Assembly: GCA_963850305.1 (NCBI GenBank)
Contig: CAWKKR010000004.1
Location: forward strand, 96,001-160,000
Reading direction: 5' to 3'
Source: an uncultured delta proteobacterium
Lineage (GTDB): Bacteria > Myxococcota_A > Polyangia > Polyangiales > Polyangiaceae
DNA length: 64,000 bases
Below, piece after piece: positions 58,469-64,000 of this stretch. A program made the position numbers and the translations under genes. Position 1 is the first letter of the stretch; every line of letters starts with the position of its first letter. Under the pieces are notes generated by a model, which saw only the letters and a list, made by a program, of their open reading frames with translations, was not told the DNA's origin and did no database searches.

Positions 58469-59136
58469 TGGAAATTCGGCAGTGCTTCCCCGGCGTCGGC
58501 TGCCGGGTACGTCGCGAGGATGGCGATCAAATAATGCCTGTACTGATGCGTCACGGTCTCCCATGTCGGCGCCGTGAGCGCGCGCTTCACACAGGCGATC
58601 GTCGCTTTCGCTTTTTTTCCGCGGAGCGTCCCGCTTCGCCCTGCGTAGAGATGGACATCCTTCTTTCGAAAGTCGACCGAGAGGACGTAGTTGAGGCGGC
58701 TTTCTTCCTTGAGCTTCGGTGCGCAATCGACCGAATCCGTGATCGCCTTCGAAAGCATCTGTTCGAAGAACGGAAGCGTGTCACACAGGTTGCCCTCCCC
58801 GGACAGCCTGGCGCTCGATCCGCACTGAACGTGCTCCACCGTTCCGAGGGTGACGAGCGGCACCACCTTGCGTGGCGGCTCGACCTTCGTTCGCACGATG
58901 TTCGTGATGGGTGCGGTCGCGCTCGCCGAGGCGGCGGCGACGGCCGCGTGGCGCTCGTGCTCGGTGCCGCTCGGCCGTCGCCAGAGATAGAGCAGGACGG
59001 CCAGAATGGTGAACCCCAGCACCACGGCGATGACGAGCTGAGTCCGGAGCAGTCGCTCGCCACCCCCGGAGGAGCTCCCCGTGCCCAGGCGACGGGAATG
59101 CGGCTCGCTCGGAAACGTGCGGCGGGAACCTGGCAT
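58465..59136 (-). CDS. Hypothetical single-TM protein with Cys-containing extracytoplasmic domain
   Basis: TM LVIAVVLGFTILAVLLYLW, Ala-rich linker, four Cys. Confidence 0.7.
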   Translation of the reverse strand: MPGSRRTFPSEPHSRRLGTGSSSGGGERLLRTQLVIAVVLGFTILAVLLYLWRRPSGTEHERHAAVAAASASATAPITNIVRTKVEPPRKVVPLVTLGTVEHVQCGSSARLSGEGNLCDTLPFFEQMLSKAITDSVDCAPKLKEESRLNYVLSVDFRKKDVHLYAGRSGTLRGKKAKATIACVKRALTAPTWETVTHQYRHYLIAILATYPAADAGEALPNFQ

Positions 59137-59155
59137 CTCCAGTCCCGACAGCGCC

Positions 59156-60851
59156 TCAATCGTCGAGGAGCGACTGAGCGGACTTCCCCGGCTCGTGCTC
59201 GACGACGTTCGCGACGAGCTTGAGCGTATCGGGCATCAGACCCTGGACCTGGGAAACCACCTGCTCGACGACATTGTGGGCTTCCTCGGATCCCGGCCCC
59301 GTCATCACGATTGCAAACTTGAGCGGCGCACTTCGGCCTGCCGTCACGGGCACGATGCTCAGCAACAGAACCTCGGTCAGCTCGATCACTCGCTGCGCGG
59401 AGCGGCGGAGCGCCAGCATCTCGAGAATGGTCGGGCGGTCGCTGACGAGCCGGTTGGGGCTCTTGACCTCGTACTTGGCGACGGTGAGCGGTACGCCGTC
59501 CCATTCGGCGAACTTCACCTCGTCTTCCAGGAATCGCAGCATCGGCTCGCGGCCCAGGAGACCCGTGAGGCCGTCGCGACGCGAGAGGTATTCCCGCGCC
59601 TTCTCGTGCTGTGGTGAGCTCGGACGGAAGCTCACGAGCTTGAACCGACACTCGCCGAGCTGCACTTCCCCACCGTGAAGCAGCGTGACGGACTTTTTCC
59701 GATCGTAGCTGTGATCGGCATAAGTCCCGTTCGTGCTCCCCGTGTCCTCGACGAGCCAGGACCCCGATTGCCACTTCAGCGCGGCATGGCTGCCGGACAC
59801 CGTGGGCTCCGGAACATGCACATCCTGATCGACACGACGTCCGATATTCATCACGGGCTTGTCGAGCGGAAACAAACGCCCCGCCAGCTCTTGCGTATTG
59901 GTCGCGAAGGTGATCAGGAGCTCTTGCGCGGTGGGATCGAAGTTCTGCGACGCGGAACGTCCGAGCGGCGGCCCCGGCGACAGACGCTCCCGCGGGATCT
60001 GCACCTGGCTCGTGGTGAGCGACGTCGGATTGAAAAATCGCATGTGCCGCGACTGGGGACGCAGCAAGACGTCGTCGCTGAGGCAGCGGTAAATCTGCTT
60101 CACTTCGTCGATGGATAGCCCCGCCGGCACGTCGAACATGATCTGCGCTCGCATGGGCTTCGCGCGGGGGCGGTAGCCGGGCTCAGGGACGCGGCACGTC
60201 CACATCTCCCAGAGGGTGAGTCCGAGCGCGTACATGTCGTCCTCCGCGCTCGCGCCGCCGGAGCGCAGGCGCTCGGGGGACATGTAGTTCGGCGTGCCGC
60301 CGTCGGGGGGAGCGCCCGGTCTCCGCGCAGAGAGCCTCGCGCGCTCCTGAGCAAACCCGAAATCCAGGATCACGGCGCGCTCGTTCGTCACCATGATGTT
60401 GCCGGGCTTCAGAATCGCCGTGGACCAGACCCTGGGCGTGGATCGCCGCGAGCCCCGCGGCGGATTCGCTCGCGATCTTGCGAAACTCGTCGGCGGTATA
60501 GCCGCCCTGAGCCTTCTTCCGGCGAATGTGCGTGTGCAGCGTCTGCCCGGCGATGCGCTCCATGACGAGGACCGGCCCCCACGCACTGGGCGCGAGGTCG
60601 TGGACCCGGCACACGTTCGGGTGGCTCACCGAGCGCGCGAGCAACAGTTCTTGCCGGAGCGCCTCGTCGTCCCCGGGCATGCGCGACTCTTCGCGCACGA
60701 CCTTCAGCGCCACGGATTGCTGAGTGCTCCGGTCATAGGCGAGAAACACCTCGCCCATGCCGCCTTTGCCGAGGCTCTCGCGGATCTCGTACCGGTCGTT
60801 GACCAGCGTCCCCGGCGCAAGCGGCGGCTTGCTTTTCGACGTTTGCACCAT
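59156..60851 (-). CDS. Ser/Thr kinase - FHA - degenerate GGDEF protein (one apparent +1 frameshift at ~60413)
   Basis: LGKGGMGEV, VALK, HGD/LKPGN across the shift, DFG, GTPNYMSPE. FHA GR..SGSHA..STNGT. DGLTGL with no GGDEF motif. Confidence 0.85.
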
Positions 60852-60953
60852 CGCGACGACGTGGCCGGGGCAAGAGCCTCGGAGAGCGTAGAGTCGTCGA
60901 TCTCCCGCCGATCCGCAAGGAGGGCGTTCGGCGCTCCCCGAGCCCGGGGCGCT

Positions 60954-62393
60954 TCATCCGGTCGACGCGGCGGAGGCGGGAGACGCGCAGATGAAGCGCC
61001 TCGGACCGGTCACCGCATCCCAGACGAGGAGCTCCCCTTTCGGACGCCCATCCTCCTCGACACAAAGGACGAGGTGGGTGCGCGACGCGGCGACCGCCGG
61101 TCGATCCTGGGCCGCTTCCCCTTCCGCCCACGCGCCCAGGTTCACATAGGTGGAGTCCGTGCCCGCGGCAGTCCTGACTTCCGGAAAATGCGTGTGCCCC
61201 ATGACGATGAACGCCGCGGGAAACAATCCTCCGACCAGCGCTGCACGCTCGCGGAGCTCCCGGGTGGGATCGATGGGACGAAACCGAGAGAAGAGCGCGC
61301 AGACCGCCGTGACGGCGATCATCGCCACGGCAGTCAGGATCAGCGCGGGACGAATGTGCGGCATGAGCACGAAGGCGAGCGCGGAAAACACGAAGCAGAG
61401 GAGGCCTAGGAGTACGCGGTCCAGCATCACCGCGAGCAGAAGCGGCCCCAGACTGCGAGTGACCGGCGGCCGCTGCAGGGATGCGAGCGCGCGCAGGGAG
61501 TCGAGCTTCAGGTTCAGGAGAGCGGCGAGCTCCGTCATGCGTTGCTCGTGCTCGGCCCTGAGCCGTCGCGCACCGTCACCGAAGTGACCTCTCCACGTCA
61601 TGAGCAACTTCCAGACGGCCTGAAAGAACCGTGTGGCGAGATCGAGCGCGCCGCCCAGACCGAGCCGTAACCCGAACGTGATGTAGTCGATCACGCCGGC
61701 ATCCTCGTGACCCGTCTCCAGGAGCCCGCGAGTCGGACGCACGACGTGCCGGAGCAGGATATCCGAAAGCGAGCGCGACGACCGCCGTGGATCCTTCGGG
61801 GAGAGGGGTGTCAGCAGATGTTCGTAGGAGCAGTAGCGATCGTACTGGTGCCCGTGCTCGACGAAGACGAGCCCTTCCTCGTAATAAAACCAGGGGGAAA
61901 AAGTGACGCGCCGTTCGTCGAAGGCGGCATGGGCGCGGAGCTGCCGCAAGAATTCGTCCTGCACGCGGCGCCAGTGAAAGTCAACGTCGTGATTCCCGCG
62001 AACGACGACGATCTCGTTCTGCGCGGCGACGAATTCCGCGAGGCTGCGAAAGACACGGCGATGGCGCGCGGCGACGCAGCGGAGCTTGTAGATGGTGTGA
62101 TCTTCCGCCCCACCCAGACCGAGCGCGAGTTCCTCCGGATCGAGGGGCGTCGAGATCGCCGACGCGGGCGCGGAGACGCTCATGCCGACGAAGTCGACGA
62201 AGTCCCCCGCGATCACGAGACGCCACGGACGACCGGCATGCGGGTGTTCCCGATACCAGTCGAACAGCGCAGAAAGCTCCATGTCGCGCGCGTCGTCCGA
62301 GCCGGTTCGATGAGGGGCGTCGGGTCGAACGCAGTGCACGAGATCACTGCCGAGATGTACGTCAGAGAGTACGAGCAAGTTGTGCGAGGACAC
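60954..62393 (-). CDS. Calcineurin-like metallophosphoesterase with internal TM hairpin
   Basis: SDVHLG, AGDFVD, GNHD, EHGH, two hydrophobic helices, then MGHTH and YVNLGAW. Confidence 0.85.
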   Translation of the reverse strand: MSSHNLLVLSDVHLGSDLVHCVRPDAPHRTGSDDARDMELSALFDWYREHPHAGRPWRLVIAGDFVDFVGMSVSAPASAISTPLDPEELALGLGGAEDHTIYKLRCVAARHRRVFRSLAEFVAAQNEIVVVRGNHDVDFHWRRVQDEFLRQLRAHAAFDERRVTFSPWFYYEEGLVFVEHGHQYDRYCSYEHLLTPLSPKDPRRSSRSLSDILLRHVVRPTRGLLETGHEDAGVIDYITFGLRLGLGGALDLATRFFQAVWKLLMTWRGHFGDGARRLRAEHEQRMTELAALLNLKLDSLRALASLQRPPVTRSLGPLLLAVMLDRVLLGLLCFVFSALAFVLMPHIRPALILTAVAMIAVTAVCALFSRFRPIDPTRELRERAALVGGLFPAAFIVMGHTHFPEVRTAAGTDSTYVNLGAWAEGEAAQDRPAVAASRTHLVLCVEEDGRPKGELLVWDAVTGPRRFICASPASAASTG

Positions 62394-62588
62394 GCGAGAC
62401 TCCGTTCGCCATCTAGCTTGGTACCAGGACGGCGCGCGCGCGAGGTGCGACCCGAAGTTTTGCGTGTCTCACCCAGCGGTGTGGCGCCGGGTCGGCAGTC
62501 ACTTGGGCCACCGTCCGATCGTTCGTGTCAGACGGCATCGACCGAACGGAATCGTCTCCCTGGGCGACGCTCGAGTTCGGGAGCCCTT

Positions 62589-62603
62589 TGGCACCCAATT
62601 CGC
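62589..62603 (+). promoter_or_regulatory. Sigma54-like -24/-12 element
   Basis: TGGCACCCAATTCGC with GG-N10-GC spacing in a ~500-bp gene-poor gap. Confidence 0.4.
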
Positions 62604-62675
62604 CCCTGACGCCTCGCGTTGGCACGCGGACCGTGCCGCATTGCGAGGAAGCGCTCGGAGTCCCACATTTGTACG

Positions 62676-62951
62676 GTGCGAGTGCTCCGTCCGTGCGGGG
62701 TATTTATCGTGGCAGCGGCGGCCTCGATCGCGGGCTGCGGCGTCGGTCCAGCCGCTGCCGGCAAGCTGCCCGCTTCCGCCGCGCGAGAAAGCCGGTCAAT
62801 GCGGGTTCGGGAGCCGCCCGTGCTCATCGCGCCGCCCCCTGCTTACGGCGACAAGATAGTGTCGTGTGTCGCCGGGCTGGAGGGCACGGTCGCGTGTTAT
62901 GAGATCGGGGGATGGCCGACTCCAACGCACGCGCCCGATTTCGCCAGATGA
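62676..62951 (+). CDS. Possible small lipoprotein
   Basis: Hydrophobic stretch with IAGC lipobox and PPPAYGDKIV. It overlaps the next gene by 40 nt, so it is uncertain. Confidence 0.35.
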   Translation: MRVLRPCGVFIVAAAASIAGCGVGPAAAGKLPASAARESRSMRVREPPVLIAPPPAYGDKIVSCVAGLEGTVACYEIGGWPTPTHAPDFAR

Positions 62952-63490
62952 TCGACGGCACTCCCGACGAATGGATGATCGTCGGAGCCAGCGCCGTCCG
63001 CTACAACCGCGAACTGCCGGAGCGAGTCCTGTCGCACTTGCGGCTGCTCGAGACGGACTTCGGTGGGTATGCAGTGACGCGGCTAGACCACGTCCTTCAG
63101 ACCGCAACCCGCGCGCACCGCGACGGCCGGGACGAGGAATACGTCGTCTGTGCGCTCTTGCACGACATCGGCGACACGCTCGGCTCGTTCAACCACGCCG
63201 ACATCGCGGCCGCGATCTTGAAGCCGTTCATCTCCGAGCAGAACCTCTTCATGGTCGAGAAGCACGCCATCTTTCAGGGCTACTACTTCTTCGAGCACCT
63301 CGGCCTGGACAAGAACCTGCGCGAACGATACCGGACCCATCCCCTTTTCGATTACACGGCCGAGTTCTGCGAGAAGTACAATCAGAACTCCTTCGACCCC
63401 GACTATCCGTCGATGAAGCTCGCGGACTTCGAGCCGATGGTGAAGCGAGTGTTACAGCGCCCCGTGCGCTCGATCTACCTGCGGTCCTGA
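62912..63490 (+). CDS. HD-domain metal-dependent phosphohydrolase/oxygenase (PhnZ-like)
   Basis: HVLQTATRA..ALLHDIGD..NHA..HAIFQGYY..FDPDY. Confidence 0.85.
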   Translation: MADSNARARFRQMIDGTPDEWMIVGASAVRYNRELPERVLSHLRLLETDFGGYAVTRLDHVLQTATRAHRDGRDEEYVVCALLHDIGDTLGSFNHADIAAAILKPFISEQNLFMVEKHAIFQGYYFFEHLGLDKNLRERYRTHPLFDYTAEFCEKYNQNSFDPDYPSMKLADFEPMVKRVLQRPVRSIYLRS

Positions 63491-63499
63491 CCGCGACCG

Positions 63500-64000
63500 C
63501 TATTGCACTTGCGGGGAGACGCCTCGCGCGAACATCTCGAGCCGCACCCACTGAGTGCCGCCACGGTTGTCGTGCGCGACTGCCCAGACGTGGAACGGGC
63601 CTGGGACCTGGGGCGTGAACAGGGTCGCCGCGTGATCCGGATTCCAGCCGTTCGCCCCCTGGCTGCCGTCGTTCAGGAGCTTCACGTCGTGCTGTATCTT
63701 GCCCTGGTCGGCATAGTAGTTGATCCACATCTGCTCGTACGCGACGCCTCCTCCGGAGGCCTCGACCGCCGTGTCCTGTTCGGCGCTCTTCGGATCGACG
63801 ACCATCTCGATCGAGATCTGCGGGCAGTCACCCTGGTTCGACGCCGTGCACACGTCGACGCAGGCGCCCGCGCCCGGGGCGCATTGAGCGGGCGAAGGCG
63901 TCGGTGAGGGTGCCGAGGGTCCGGCGTCGGCGGCGCCTGCGCTCGTCCCCCCGTCGAGATCGCCCGCGTCGCCGCCCGCGTCGGGCGCGCCCGCATCCGC
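63500..64000 (-). CDS. 3' part of a hypothetical exported/lipoprotein
   Basis: Frame is open to the window edge: DAG-rich linker, Cys cluster, VWAVAHDNRGGTQW. Confidence 0.65.
   Translation of the reverse strand, partial: ADAGAPDAGGDAGDLDGGTSAGAADAGPSAPSPTPSPAQCAPGAGACVDVCTASNQGDCPQISIEMVVDPKSAEQDTAVEASGGGVAYEQMWINYYADQGKIQHDVKLLNDGSQGANGWNPDHAATLFTPQVPGPFHVWAVAHDNRGGTQWVRLEMFARGVSPQVQ

Noticed and set aside
1..64000. Hundreds of long Arg/Ala/Pro-rich alternative-frame and antisense ORFs (e.g. 2459..4495, 28887..30095, 47994..49394, 50524..53055)
   Set aside because: These are expected shadows of real genes in high-GC DNA and carry no family motifs, except where they hold frameshifted pieces already assigned.
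1..64000. Prophage, anti-phage defence island or secondary-metabolite cluster
   Set aside because: No integrase, structural phage, nuclease/ATPase defence, PKS or NRPS motifs were recognised.

Overview
A GC-rich, gene-dense 64 kb chromosomal segment that looks myxobacterial (Polyangiaceae/Sorangiineae-like). This is inferred from the Ser/Thr kinases, FHA and GYF_2 domains, VIT-VWA protein and Gly/Ser/'DAG'-linker lipoproteins. About 52 coding regions are supportable. They include housekeeping genes (prfC, prmA, fpg/nei, uup-like ABC-F, phhB, gcvR-like, cysG N-domain), lipid/acyl-CoA enzymes, a czcCBA-type RND operon with a decayed sensor kinase upstream, two Omp85-family proteins, a beta-barrel plus 7x PKD-repeat lipoprotein pair, and one complete IS701-family element (17-bp TIRs, CTAA target duplication). 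I found no rRNA, complete tRNA or CRISPR array. The best candidate for an undescribed system is a ~1,545-aa minus-strand gene (15283-19923). It appears to fuse an ECF sigma-like module, an anti-sigma-like domain lacking its Zn ligands, one TM helix, FecR, VIT, VWA (MIDAS) and TPR domains in one polypeptide. Four of six small frameshifts in otherwise intact genes fall on the same GAATCG hexamer, which repairs to GATCG. This points to motif-specific (possibly methylation-linked) sequencing error rather than real pseudogenes. All product calls come from motif recognition by eye, not database searches.
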